From assembly GCA_034437455.1 (NCBI GenBank), contig DAOTUB010000002.1:3176-67175 (forward strand): 64,000 nucleotides of DNA, written 5' to 3'. How positions within the stretch are numbered: the stretch's first letter is position 1; every line of letters starts with the position of its first letter. Below, one piece after another: positions 45,401 to 55,400 of the stretch. A program made the position numbers and the translations under genes. The DNA comes from Anaerolineae bacterium (GTDB lineage Bacteria; Chloroflexota; Anaerolineae; B4-G1). Below the pieces are notes generated by a model. The model worked only from the letters and a program-made list of their open reading frames with translations, ran no database searches and was not told the DNA's origin.

Positions 45401-46658
45401 GAGCGATCCAGATGCCATTCGCTCCCAGGCCAAGCATCTGTGAAAGTAGATACGCCAGCGGAACCTGAATGATCCACACGGCGATGAGATTGATGGTCAT
45501 CGGCGAAAGCGTATCGCCTGCTCCCCCTTGAGCCGACTCGAACACAAAGTTCAGCGCCACCCCCACGTAGCCAATGCTGAGCATGCGGACGATGTGGGTA
45601 CCGATGGAGATCGTCTCCGCGTCGCGGCTGAACAGCGCCATGACCTGCGGAGCAAAAAGAATCAATGCACCAAAAATGCCCCCAGCGATCAGCATCACTG
45701 CGCGAGCGATGATGCCAACGGACCGAGCGGCGCGCTCGGGTTGGGCCGCGCCCAGATTCTGCCCCACCATCGGCGATGCGACGCGAGTCAGCCCCATGAC
45801 GGGGATCAGCGCAAAGTCGGCGGCGCGCTTGGCGACGACCCACGCGGCCAGCGTCGGCGCGCCATACGCCGAGATGAGGCGGGTGAGATACGCCGCCGCC
45901 AGGTGAGGCGTGCCGCGTTGCAGGATGCCGGGCAGCGTGACACGTAGGATGCGCCCCATCATGGGGAAATCGAGCCGGAAATGGCGCAGGTCCAGGCGCA
46001 CAGACGCTCGTCCGGCGACGAGCACGCCCAACCCCCAGAGCATCCCGATCCCGTTCGAGCCGACCAGCGCCAGCGCGGCTCCCTCGATCCCCATCCACTT
46101 TACCAGCAGCGGTTCCCCGACGAGCAACGTACCCGCGCTGAGCAGCGTCATGCCGAGCATCACCTGAGGCGCGCCCGCAGCGTTGAGCATGGCCCCGATG
46201 CTGGGCACCATCTCCAGCGTGATCAGGCCGGCAAAGATGATGCGAAAGTACCGCAAAGCCAACGGTAACGTGGCGCCATCGGCGCCGACGAGCGTCAACA
46301 AGGGCCGGGCAAAGATGATGCCGACGATCCCCAGGCCGCCGGAGGCTGTGAGCATCAGAATGACCGCTTGAAGCGCCGCCAGGTTGGCCTTGTCCTGCTC
46401 TTTGGCTCCCACGTAACGGGCAACTACCGCGCCGCTGCCGATGCTCAGTCCTATCAAGACGCTGATCATCACAAAGCGCACGGACATGGTCAGCCCTGCG
46501 ACGGCCTGCGCGTCACGGCTGATCTGGCCCAACCAGAAGGTATCGTAGAGGTTGGGAAACGAGAAAAGCGTCTGGCTGACGATGATGGGCCAGGCCAGGC
46601 CCGCAATATTGCTCGCCAAGCTGCCCTGGGTAACATCGCGCTGCATGTTGGGTTTCAT
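45321..46658 (-). CDS. MATE family efflux transporter
   Basis: 445 aa with a 12-TM-like profile. The N-terminus ...LAWPIIVSQTLFSFPNLYDTFWLG is typical of MATE. Confidence 0.85.
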   Translation of the reverse strand: MKPNMQRDVTQGSLASNIAGLAWPIIVSQTLFSFPNLYDTFWLGQISRDAQAVAGLTMSVRFVMISVLIGLSIGSGAVVARYVGAKEQDKANLAALQAVILMLTASGGLGIVGIIFARPLLTLVGADGATLPLALRYFRIIFAGLITLEMVPSIGAMLNAAGAPQVMLGMTLLSAGTLLVGEPLLVKWMGIEGAALALVGSNGIGMLWGLGVLVAGRASVRLDLRHFRLDFPMMGRILRVTLPGILQRGTPHLAAAYLTRLISAYGAPTLAAWVVAKRAADFALIPVMGLTRVASPMVGQNLGAAQPERAARSVGIIARAVMLIAGGIFGALILFAPQVMALFSRDAETISIGTHIVRMLSIGYVGVALNFVFESAQGGAGDTLSPMTINLIAVWIIQVPLAYLLSQMLGLGANGIWIALILGWGLQATLMGFRFRQGRWKLKRI

Positions 46659-46670
46659 AGGCGGGGGATA

Positions 46671-47156
46671 CTAGAGGTACGGCTGCAACAAGCTCAGAAT
46701 TTGAGCCAGCAGCGCAACGTCGTCCTCGTCGAATTGGGCCAGCTTGTCCGAGTCCACGTCCAGCACAGCGACCACCTCATCCCCTTTCATCACCGGCAGG
46801 ACGATCTCGCTCTTCGAGCGGGCGTCGCAGGCGATGTGACCGGGGAACTGGTGAACGTCTGGCACGACCACCGGCTGCCCGGTGCGGACGCAGTGCAGGC
46901 AGACGCCCTCGTCCCTCAAAATCTGGCAAGCGACCGGCCCCTGGTAAGGACCGATGTGCAACTCATCGTTGCCGTTCACAAAGTAAAAGCCCGTCCAAAA
47001 GTGGTGCGGCATCTTGTGGTGCAGCACAGCGCAGACGGTCGCCATCGCCGCCGTCAGGTTCGGCGACTTGTCCTCGACGAGATCCTTCAATTGAGTGTAG
47101 ATGCGTTCATAACGACCCGCTCTTTTTCGATTTGTCACAATGTCTCCTGGTATCAT
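46671..47156 (-). CDS. GAF domain protein (free methionine-R-sulfoxide reductase MsrC/YebR-like)
   Basis: 161 aa. Has GFYFV...GPYQGPVACQIL...GVCLHCV...HIACDARSKSEIVLP. Confidence 0.75.
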   Translation of the reverse strand: MIPGDIVTNRKRAGRYERIYTQLKDLVEDKSPNLTAAMATVCAVLHHKMPHHFWTGFYFVNGNDELHIGPYQGPVACQILRDEGVCLHCVRTGQPVVVPDVHQFPGHIACDARSKSEIVLPVMKGDEVVAVLDVDSDKLAQFDEDDVALLAQILSLLQPYL

Positions 47157-47184
47157 AGATTTCTGGCGGCTGGCGACACGTTCG

Positions 47185-47216
47185 ACAAAACGCCCCTCCC
47201 AAAATAGGGAGGGGCG
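47185..47216 (-). terminator. rho-independent terminator after the CBS/ACT gene
   Basis: Minus strand reads CGCCCCTCCC-TATTTT-GGGAGGGGCG followed by TTTTGT. Confidence 0.65.
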
Positions 47217-47274
47217 CCGGAAACCACACCGCCGCGAATAGCCGAATAGCGTGCAGTGCCTGCCGACTTACAGG

Positions 47275-47934
47275 CTAACACGTGGATACTGCGCAGACGC
47301 GCGAATCCCGAACCTTCAGTCCCAATGCTTCCATCGCCGCGGTCAGTTCGTCTTTGTCTACGTCTTCGACCCGGATCGTCAGCAAGTAATGGGCGGTGTC
47401 TTCTCCTCCGATGCCGCCCATAGCCAGGATATTGCCGCCCATCTCGGCGATCTTGCCGGTGATCTTGGCCAACTCGCCCTTTTCCATCGGGATCACCACA
47501 CTGATGCGAATCCCATCCTGCCAGCCGCCCAGCATCTCCAAAAAGACCTTGAACAGATCGGTCTCGGTGATGATGCCCACCAGCTTGTCGCCCCGCAGCA
47601 CCGGCACACCGCCGATTTTGTTGTCGGCCATGACACGAGCGGCGTCCTCCAGCGTGGTGTCCTCGGTGACAGAGATCACGTCCGTAGTCATCACGTCCTT
47701 CATCTTGATCTTGGAGAGTAAATAGGGAATCTCATAGATGCTCAACGTGGTGGCCGGTGAAGGGGAGACTTTTAACAGGTCCAACTCTGAGACAATGCCT
47801 ACCATCTGGCCGTGTTTGTCCACGACGGGAAGACGACGGACGTTTTCGCTGTGCATCAAGGACAGCGCCTCGTCCACACCAGTTTCAGCGCGCACTGTGA
47901 CGGGGGGCTTGCTCATTCTATCTGCTACTAACAT
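47275..47934 (-). CDS. CBS-pair plus ACT domain protein (AcuB-like)
   Basis: 219 aa. Two CBS motifs (VRRLPVVD..., GGVPVLRGDKLVGIITETD) and a C-terminal ACT-like segment. Confidence 0.8.
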   Translation of the reverse strand: MLVADRMSKPPVTVRAETGVDEALSLMHSENVRRLPVVDKHGQMVGIVSELDLLKVSPSPATTLSIYEIPYLLSKIKMKDVMTTDVISVTEDTTLEDAARVMADNKIGGVPVLRGDKLVGIITETDLFKVFLEMLGGWQDGIRISVVIPMEKGELAKITGKIAEMGGNILAMGGIGGEDTAHYLLTIRVEDVDKDELTAAMEALGLKVRDSRVCAVSTC

Positions 47935-48814
47935 TGGCTCGACCTCCTTGTCTTATTATGATTATCAGGGACAATTCTATTTTACCCTGACTTGCCTGGG
48001 TTGGCAACTCGGATGCAGTTGCCATTGTGCGTTCAGAGCGATTGTCGGACGCCGGCTTTCAGTCTTCAAAGTCCAGGCTTTGGGGCCGATCGGGAATCGC
48101 TTGCGAGCAGATGTCGGCGTACTGTTGCCGTGTCTGCTCAAACTCTGGATCCAGCTCCAGCGAGCGATCCATCAGGCGACAGGCCTGCGTCTCGCCATGC
48201 AGATACCACTGGAGCAAAGCCCACTCGTTCAGCAGTACGACGTTTTGCGGCGCCAGCCTCAGGGCCTCGGCATAGTAATTGTCTGCTGCACGCAGGTGTG
48301 TCTCCGCTGCCACGCCGCTCTCCAGAGCGGCGGCCTGTCGGTGGAAACGACTCAAGTTGGCGACATGGTCGGGGTTCAGGGGGTTGAGCACCAGGGCGCG
48401 CTCCAGTGTCTCTTGCGCCCTCTCCAATTGGGCGGGGTCTTTGCTACCTTGCTCCAATTGCGCCCGGCCCAGGTGGATGTAGTAAAAATCCTCTTGAGAG
48501 GCCAGCTCAACGGCGCGCTCGTACAGTTGGATGGCCAGCGACCATTGCTTCTTCCAATCATAGGGATTGGCCGCCTTGAATATGGCGTCGGCCTGCATTG
48601 GGCGCACGCACGTCCCCAGGATGAGGGCGACCGTGCTGACGGCGACCAGGACATAGAGTGGGAAGGCGAAGAGACTGCGCCGGCCCTGCGACGCCAGCGG
48701 AACGCGAGCGCGACACTCAACAGACCGACGAACGCGACGCCCCAGGCCAGGAGGGGGAATGCCGTCCCCGTCTGCTGGGCGAGCTGGAGAACGCCGTCCA
48801 TAGTACTCAGATTC

Positions 48815-48925
48815 GTATCTTCTCAATAACTTGGGGTGAATCTGTTCGTAGTGCGCACTTCAGTGCGCTTTTAGGGGCGCTGAAGCGCCTACTACGAACA
48901 AGCCCCCGGTTTATTGAGAAGATAC
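48815..48925. mobile_element. MITE-like element, family M2 (111 bp)
   Basis: Perfect 15-bp TIRs GTATCTTCTCAATAA / TTATTGAGAAGATAC and an extended internal palindrome. Flanked by the direct repeat TCAGATTC (48807-14 and 48926-33). Confidence 0.75.
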
Positions 48926-49632
48926 TCAGATTCGGTCCTGGGAACGGTTCCATCATATTCGTCAGCAATCCGTTCACCATCAGGCCCGCGCCTGCCAACA
49001 AGGATAAAGCCAGCGCAACCAGCAGGCCGTTCATAAGCAGGTGAGGTTGCTGACGGGAGGCAGATTCTTCCTCAGGCTGTCTGCGTCTGGCCAGCGCGTT
49101 GACGATAGCCGTTGCCGCCGCCAACCCGAGGCCGATCAGTATCACGATACCCGGCCAGATGCCTTCCAATGGCGCGCGCAGGAATCCGGCGGTAGCTGCG
49201 ACGACGAGAGCAATCATCGGCAGGAGAAGCAGGGCCATCCCAGAGGGTGACGGCTGGAGAGAAAGGTCGGGGGTTCGAGGTTCTTCTGTGGTTTCTTCCT
49301 CACGATGGGCGATCAGGGCGGCCATAGTCCCCAGCCCGACCCAGAACAGCAGTCGGGTGGAGATGATGGGAATGCTGAACTGCGCCTCGACGAAATGGGC
49401 CAGCCCGGCCCAAAGCACGCCGCTGGCGACGACGGCCTCGATAGCCTGCTCTGCCGTCCAGACTTTCACCACTGCAGCGCCGAAAAAGGCCACCAGCAGG
49501 AGCAGAAAAACGACCACGCCAGCCCAACCCAAATTCACGCCCACGTCGAGCAGTTGGTTGAAGGCACGGTCGGGCGAGGCGGTTCGCGCCTCGTAGTGGC
49601 CCAACTCTGGTTGGTAAACCTGGTTGTAGGTG

Positions 49633-49753
49633 CAGCAATTCCCGTTTTGTAGCCGCGCTTTCCATAGCGCGTGCATTTTGCCACATAAAGCACCCTTCGC
49701 GATATAGAAATCGCGGCTACAACTCTCGTTTTTTCCCATAACGGGAATTGCTG
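49633..49753. mobile_element. MITE-like element, family M1, copy 2 (121 bp)
   Basis: Perfect 14-bp TIRs CAGCAATTCCCGTT / AACGGGAATTGCTG. Flanked by the 9-bp direct repeat TTGTAGGTG (49624-32 and 49754-62). Aligns to 12456..12583 apart from a 7-bp gap and scattered substitutions. Confidence 0.85.
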
Positions 49754-50949
49754 TTGTAGGTGAGAAACATCGTCTCTGGCCCGTAGCCCAGCAGAGAGCG
49801 CAGCGGGGCCAAGCGGTCGGGCTGGGCGCCCACGGCAGGACGAGTGTAGAACAACTCCCGCGCCCCTTGCCAGATGAGTTGGCGCACGATCATCTGGGGA
49901 GATTGGTTCGATCCGGCAAGCCGCACGATGGGCGACTCGGCGGGCGAAATGTCGGTGAAGCTAAAGACGACCAGCGCGAGCAGGATACCAAAGAGCAGAA
50001 TCCCCGCCAATCCGAGAGGTGCCCGCCGCCTCCGGGGGTTTTGGAGCAAGGCAGCGACCAATAATAAGACAGCAGGAACCGCAGCAGCCAGCAACGCCAG
50101 AGGTGCGATCCGGGTATCGGTGAGCGCCAGCGCATAGATCTGTAGGCCCAGAACGACCAGCCCGCCGATCAGGCACAGGCTGTAGACGACGGTCTTGGCT
50201 CGATCTTGCCCCGCGCCTCGGATAGCAAGAACCAGGGCGACCAGTCCAGAAAGTGTGAGGGGGATCACCATGACCAGGTAGGCGGCCAAAAAGTCGGCGT
50301 TGCCGAGCGTCGAGGCGACGATAGGCCCCGATGCGCTCCAGGGCAGCGGATCTGCCCCGGCGCTTTGGAGCACGGCGTAGATCGTCACGGGGAGACTGCC
50401 CAACGCGACCGCCGCCAGCAGCCGCCCCACCTGGTCGCGGGTGCGCAGGTGAGTGGCGACGAGCAAGCCGATGGCGATCAGGCAGAAGGTGAGATAGGCG
50501 CCCTGTCCTCGCTGGTAGGAGCCCATCAGGCTGATGCGCGGGTGGACCGAGGCGAGCGTCGAGCCAAGATAGACGATGGCGAAAAGTACAGAGAGAATGA
50601 TCAGGACGTAGAAAAGTTGTGGGCGGCGATGCTGGTTAGAACTGACCCACTCAACTCCGTTCCTCCATCGGGAGATGGCCCGTTCAACCGCTTTGATCAA
50701 CCAGGCGGCTGCCATCACGAGCGCCAGGCTGCGCAAAAGCATCCCTTTGTCAGGCTCGAAAACGCGAGCCGTGCGCACGTTGAAGAAAGCGGGTATCAAG
50801 ACGACGGCCAACAGCCAGCCCGCTTCGATGAACCGATCACAAATCCGACTCAATGGCGGTTAGCGTCGGATTGTCCCAATCCGCAACCGCCCTACATTTT
50901 CGTCCTTCTGGGTGAATGGAGTTCATGGTGCCTCCTTACTTTCCAATCG

Positions 50950-51843
50950 TCAGTCGAGGATAGTGAATTCCAGGTCATCCACCCACACCTGACCTCTCCC
51001 CTCCAACGCGATTCCAAACAGGATGTTGATGCTGTTTTCAGGAACGTCCAGGCAAACCTCGTATCTCTCCCAATCGGCTGTGCTCAACAGCGGTTGTTCC
51101 TCGAAACCTAACACCCGGCGTCCCAGGCCATCCGCGCGGATGTGAAAGGTTGCACGACCCTGCACGGCTTCTGTTTTGACATATCCGGACATGCACAGTC
51201 GCCTTCCACGATAATGGTCCGCCCGGAACATCTGCATCAACGCCCCGGGACTCGTTGGCGCGGGCGCTTTCGATTTGACGTACCCGCTGGCTCGCCCGTT
51301 GTGGGCCACCGTCCGATCTACTCCCATCTCATAATCACAGACCTGCTCGGCAGCCGCAAACCAACCGGGTAAGAGTTCTCCACCACAGGTGCTCGTGACC
51401 TGATCGATACTGACGAGGTCAGCCGCCTGGGTATAGGTGCCCGTCGGCGACCAGTTGGCGCTCCGGGGACTGCCGATGGCCAACGCGGAGCCAGTGACAG
51501 GCTGGTTAAGGAGAATGAGCAACACGAACGCTTGCAGCGCCAGCGTGACCAGCGCAGCCGCGCCGGAGAAAAGCTGGCGAGACGGTATCCACGCCAACTT
51601 GCTTGGTTTTCTCACGCGAGGCTCAATCGCGGCATAGGTCATTTGGGGCGACGGATGAGCGGCCCGCAGATCGGCCAGCAGGCTGTGGTGGACGCGCCGT
51701 TGCAGCGCCTCGTGATCGGCCAGGCGGCCCCGGCAGCGCGGGCAGGTCGCCAGGTGTCGGTCCATCGTCTCCCGCTGAGCGTCGGTGAGGGTCTGGTGAA
51801 TGTAACTGGTGAATTGGTCCTCGCTCAAATGCGCGTTCATCAT
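50950..51843 (-). CDS. anti-sigma factor (zf-HC2, single TM, extracytoplasmic beta-rich domain)
   Basis: ORF 50950..52125 trimmed to the ATG at 51843, which overlaps the sigma-factor stop (ATGATGA). Has HLATCPRCRGRLADHEAL and the TM segment AAALVTLALQAFVLLILL. Confidence 0.7.
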   Translation of the reverse strand: MMNAHLSEDQFTSYIHQTLTDAQRETMDRHLATCPRCRGRLADHEALQRRVHHSLLADLRAAHPSPQMTYAAIEPRVRKPSKLAWIPSRQLFSGAAALVTLALQAFVLLILLNQPVTGSALAIGSPRSANWSPTGTYTQAADLVSIDQVTSTCGGELLPGWFAAAEQVCDYEMGVDRTVAHNGRASGYVKSKAPAPTSPGALMQMFRADHYRGRRLCMSGYVKTEAVQGRATFHIRADGLGRRVLGFEEQPLLSTADWERYEVCLDVPENSINILFGIALEGRGQVWVDDLEFTILD

Positions 51844-52364
51844 ATTCTTTCCTCTTCCAGAACGGATAGCTTGGCCGGAGCGAGCGTCGCGCGCAACTGC
51901 TGATAGGCCAATCGCACCCGCGATTGGGCCGTGCGCAGGGGGCACCCCATGATCTCGCCCATCTCCCGGTAGGTGTGACCGGCCCAGTAGCGGAGCAGGA
52001 TCGCCTCCCGCAGAATCGCCTGGCGCTCTGGATTGGGGGTTGGCGCGGGCAGATCGTTCCCGCGTTGCAGCCAGGCGGTCAGGGAGAGGCTGGGCAGACG
52101 GCGGCGGCGTTGCCGGTCTCGGCACCGGCTGACGGTGATGACGTGCAGCCAGGTGGCAAAGCTGGCTCGTTTCGCGTCGTAGCGGTTGATGTGGTTCAGG
52201 GCGTAGGCGAGGGCGTCCTGTGCCGCCTCCTCGGCGTCGGATGGGTTGCCCAGCAAGCCATATGCCAGCCGGAAGACCCGCTCCCGATGGTGATCATACA
52301 GAACTTTGGCGGCGCGCTCGTCGCCAGCCTGCCAGCGTTGGATCAATGTGTCAATGTCGGGCAT
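51840..52364 (-). CDS. ECF-type RNA polymerase sigma-70 factor
   Basis: 174 aa with region 2 (EEAAQDALAYAL...FATWLHVI) and region 4 (YREMGEIMGCPLRTAQSRVRLA). Confidence 0.85.
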   Translation of the reverse strand: MPDIDTLIQRWQAGDERAAKVLYDHHRERVFRLAYGLLGNPSDAEEAAQDALAYALNHINRYDAKRASFATWLHVITVSRCRDRQRRRRLPSLSLTAWLQRGNDLPAPTPNPERQAILREAILLRYWAGHTYREMGEIMGCPLRTAQSRVRLAYQQLRATLAPAKLSVLEEERI

Positions 52365-52424
52365 AATACCTCATAATATTATACGCGAGAAAAAGAGAAT
52401 TTGATCACCGAATGGACGTTTACT

Positions 52425-52454
52425 TTGCTGAAACCATCACACCCGTGGTATACT
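52425..52454 (+). promoter_or_regulatory. candidate sigma70-type promoter of the LTD-CotH gene
   Basis: TTGCTG, an 18-nt spacer, then TGG-TATACT (extended -10-like). Confidence 0.3.
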
Positions 52455-52488
52455 AGTGACAGACTACGGGTTGTCAAGCCGGTGACCA

Positions 52489-55400
52489 ATGGACAAAATC
52501 TCAGATCACAAACCTCAGATCTCGAACTCAAAATGGCTGATTATATTCATTGGCCTTTGCTCATTGGTCATTGCTCGTTGGTCATTGGTCATTGCCACGG
52601 CTCAATCCAGCCCGCAAATCGTCATCAACGAGCTGCAATACCACCCCCTCTCTGATGATCACGGCGAGGAGTACATCGAACTCTACAACACGGGCGCCAT
52701 TACGGTGGATCTCTCCGGCTGGCAGTTCAGCGACGGCATCCATTACACCTTTCCGGCTGGCGCGTCCATCCCGCCCGATGGCTACGTCGTCGTCGGCCAC
52801 GATCCGGCCACGGTCGAGGCCGTCTATGGCGTCAGCGGTGTGCTGGGTCCCTTTGAGAGTGGCCGCCTCGACAACGGCGGCGAGCGGGTGGCAATTGAGG
52901 ATGCCGGGGGCGTTCTGGTGGATGAAGTCGCTTACGACGATCACCACCCCTGGCCCGAATTGCCCGACGGCAAAGGCCCCTCGCTGGAGCTGATCAGCCC
53001 GGCCTTTGACAACAACTGCCCCTGTTCCTGGGGAGCCAGCGCCGAGCGGGGGACCCCCGGCGTGCAGAACAGCGTTTACTCGTTGGACAATATCCCGCCC
53101 TGCATCACGGGCGTGGCGCACACGCCCGTCTTTCCTACCTCCAGCCAGCCGGTGACCGTCACGGCATTGATCAACGACAACAGCACCGTCACAACGGCGA
53201 CGCTGCACTGTCGTCCCGAAGGAGCGCCGGGCTACACGTCGTTGGCGATGGCCGATAGCGGCGGCAGCCTCTACACCGGCGTCATCCCGCCCCAGGCAAA
53301 TGGGCTGTACGTCGAGTTCTACGTCACCGCTGTGGACGACGAGGGAGCCGAGCGGCTCGTGCCGGACGGCGCGCCGGGGGGCGTCTCGGCAGAGACCGGT
53401 CGCTTTGTCACCGTCAGCTATATCTACCAGGTGGAGGACACACCTCCTACCGGCGCGCTGCCCATCTATCGCCTGATCACGACGGCGGCGAACTGGACGG
53501 AACTGACCACCCGCGATCTCTTCTCCAACGTCCTGCTCGACGCGACCTTTGTCCACGAGAGAGAGGTCTTTTACAACGTCGGCATCCGCTACCGGGGCGA
53601 GAGCACCCGCGACGTCTGGCCCCGCCCCTATCGCATCAAGTTCCGCGACGAGCACGAGTTCGAGGATCGGGAGCGGATCAACCTGGTGAGCGATGAGCTG
53701 GGGCGCGAGGCGCTGGCTCACGACCTGTTCCAGCGCGCCGGAATGCCCGCTCCCAACACCCACTTTGTGACGCTCTACATCAACGAGAGTGAGCAGGGCG
53801 ATTATCTGGACATTGAGCAGGTGGACAACGATTTCCTCGAGACACACTTCCCGGATAACGACACAGGCAATCTCTATCGCGGCTTCGATGGAGCAGACTT
53901 AAAGTATCGCGGTCCCGATCCCGATAGCTACCGCGCCTCCTACCTCAAGGAGAACAACGAGGACGCCGCCGACCCTGTCGGCGATTACTCCGACGTCATC
54001 GCGCTGACCGACGCGCTCACGAACAGTCCCCACGAGACCTTCCGCGCCGAGACGGAGGCGGTGGCCGACATGCGCCAATGGCTGCGCTGGTTCGCCATCC
54101 AGGCTGTGCTCGACAATCACGAAGGGGCGCTGTGGCTTGGCTCGGGCGACGATTACTTTCTCTACCACCGCCCTTCCGATGGCCGCTTTCTCCTCGTGTC
54201 GTGGGATCACGATTGCCTCTTTCTCTTTCCCGATCACTCGATCTGGGAACCTGACTGGCTCGGCCCCGAGATCGTCCGGCGCATCCTGCACTATCCAGAT
54301 TTCACTCGCTGGTACTATCAGGACATTGCCAGCATCGCGGCGAACGAGTTCTCGGTGGCCGAGATGTACCCACGCATCGACGCGCTGCCCGACGTGGTGA
54401 GCGGCGAGAAGCGGAACGAGCTTAAACAGTACGTCGCCGCCCGTATCCCCGCGCTGATGGGGCAGATCCCCGGCGCGACGCTCTCCATCAACACCAACGG
54501 CGGCCAGGACTGGGTGACGACCGACGAGGCTGTGACGCTGGAGGGGAATTGTTCTCCCCTGCGCGGCGTCACCGTCAACGGGAGCACCGAGGGCGTGCAG
54601 TATCCCGCGGCGACGGACTGGCGCTACACGAGCGCGCTCCCGACGCGAGACAACGTCTTTGTCGTCAGCGACGGACTGGACAGCCGCACGATCACCGTCT
54701 ACCGAGACATCTTTCACGGCGGCGCACTGGCGGAGAATACCACACTCCCGACCAGCATTTATCCGTACGACATCGCCAACGACATCATCGTGCCGGCGGG
54801 CGTCACGTTGACCATCGAGCCGGGCTCGATGCTCCAGTTTCGCGCGGACCGGTATCTACGCGTGAACGAGGGGGGACGGTTGCTGGCGGAGGGCACCGTC
54901 ACACAGCCGATCACCTTCACCGTACAAGGCGGCAGTTATTGGGGTGGTATCCTGTTCGATCGCACGCAAGAGGATAACCGCATCCGCCACGCCGTGGTCG
55001 AGTACACCCGCGAGGTGATCGCCAATCCGCGCTCGCACGGCGTCTCGGCCTATGGCGCGCGGGTGACCATCGCCGACAGCGTGATCCGCTACACCGACGA
55101 CAGCGTCGCCGTCAAGACCTACCCCTGGTTCGACCGCGACCCGACGATCTATTTGCTGCACAACGAGATTTACGGCGTCGAAAGCGATGGAGTGCACGTC
55201 ACCGGCGGGTACGCCTTCATCCAGGGCAACCACATCCACGACGTGCGGCGCGGCGACTATCCGCTGGAGGGGATCGAGGTCAGCCACATGACCACGCCGG
55301 CGCGGCTGTTCGACAACCACATCCACGACGTTTCCGACGATTGTATGGACTTGAATCACTCGTCGGCCATCATCGAGCGGAACGAGCTGTACCACTGCGG

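Larger units (their letters stand above)
48059..50853 (-). pseudogene. O-antigen ligase/polymerase-like membrane protein with a C-terminal TPR domain, split by two MITEs and one frame change
   Basis: ORFs 49717..50853, 48807..49739 and 48059..48826 are co-linear. Removing M1 (49633..49753) plus one TSD joins ...GYGPETMFLTYN to QVYQPELGHYEAR... in frame. Removing M2 plus one TSD keeps the frame open into a further TM segment. A 1-nt frame change near 48677-48700 is still needed to reach the TPR frame. Confidence 0.6.

Noticed and set aside
45241-46098. 285-aa minus-strand ORF in an alternative frame of the MATE gene
   Set aside because: It overlaps the MATE ORF, which has a coherent 12-TM profile. 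The alternative frame is Arg/Gly/His-rich.
48000-48025. 8-bp hairpin TGGCAACT/AGTTGCCA downstream of the TPR ORF as a terminator
   Set aside because: There is no U-tract on the relevant strand and the stem is short, so the support is insufficient.
48801-48826. ATG at 48826 as the start of the TPR protein
   Set aside because: The start codon and the first codons lie inside the M2 MITE, so this N-terminus is an insertion artefact.
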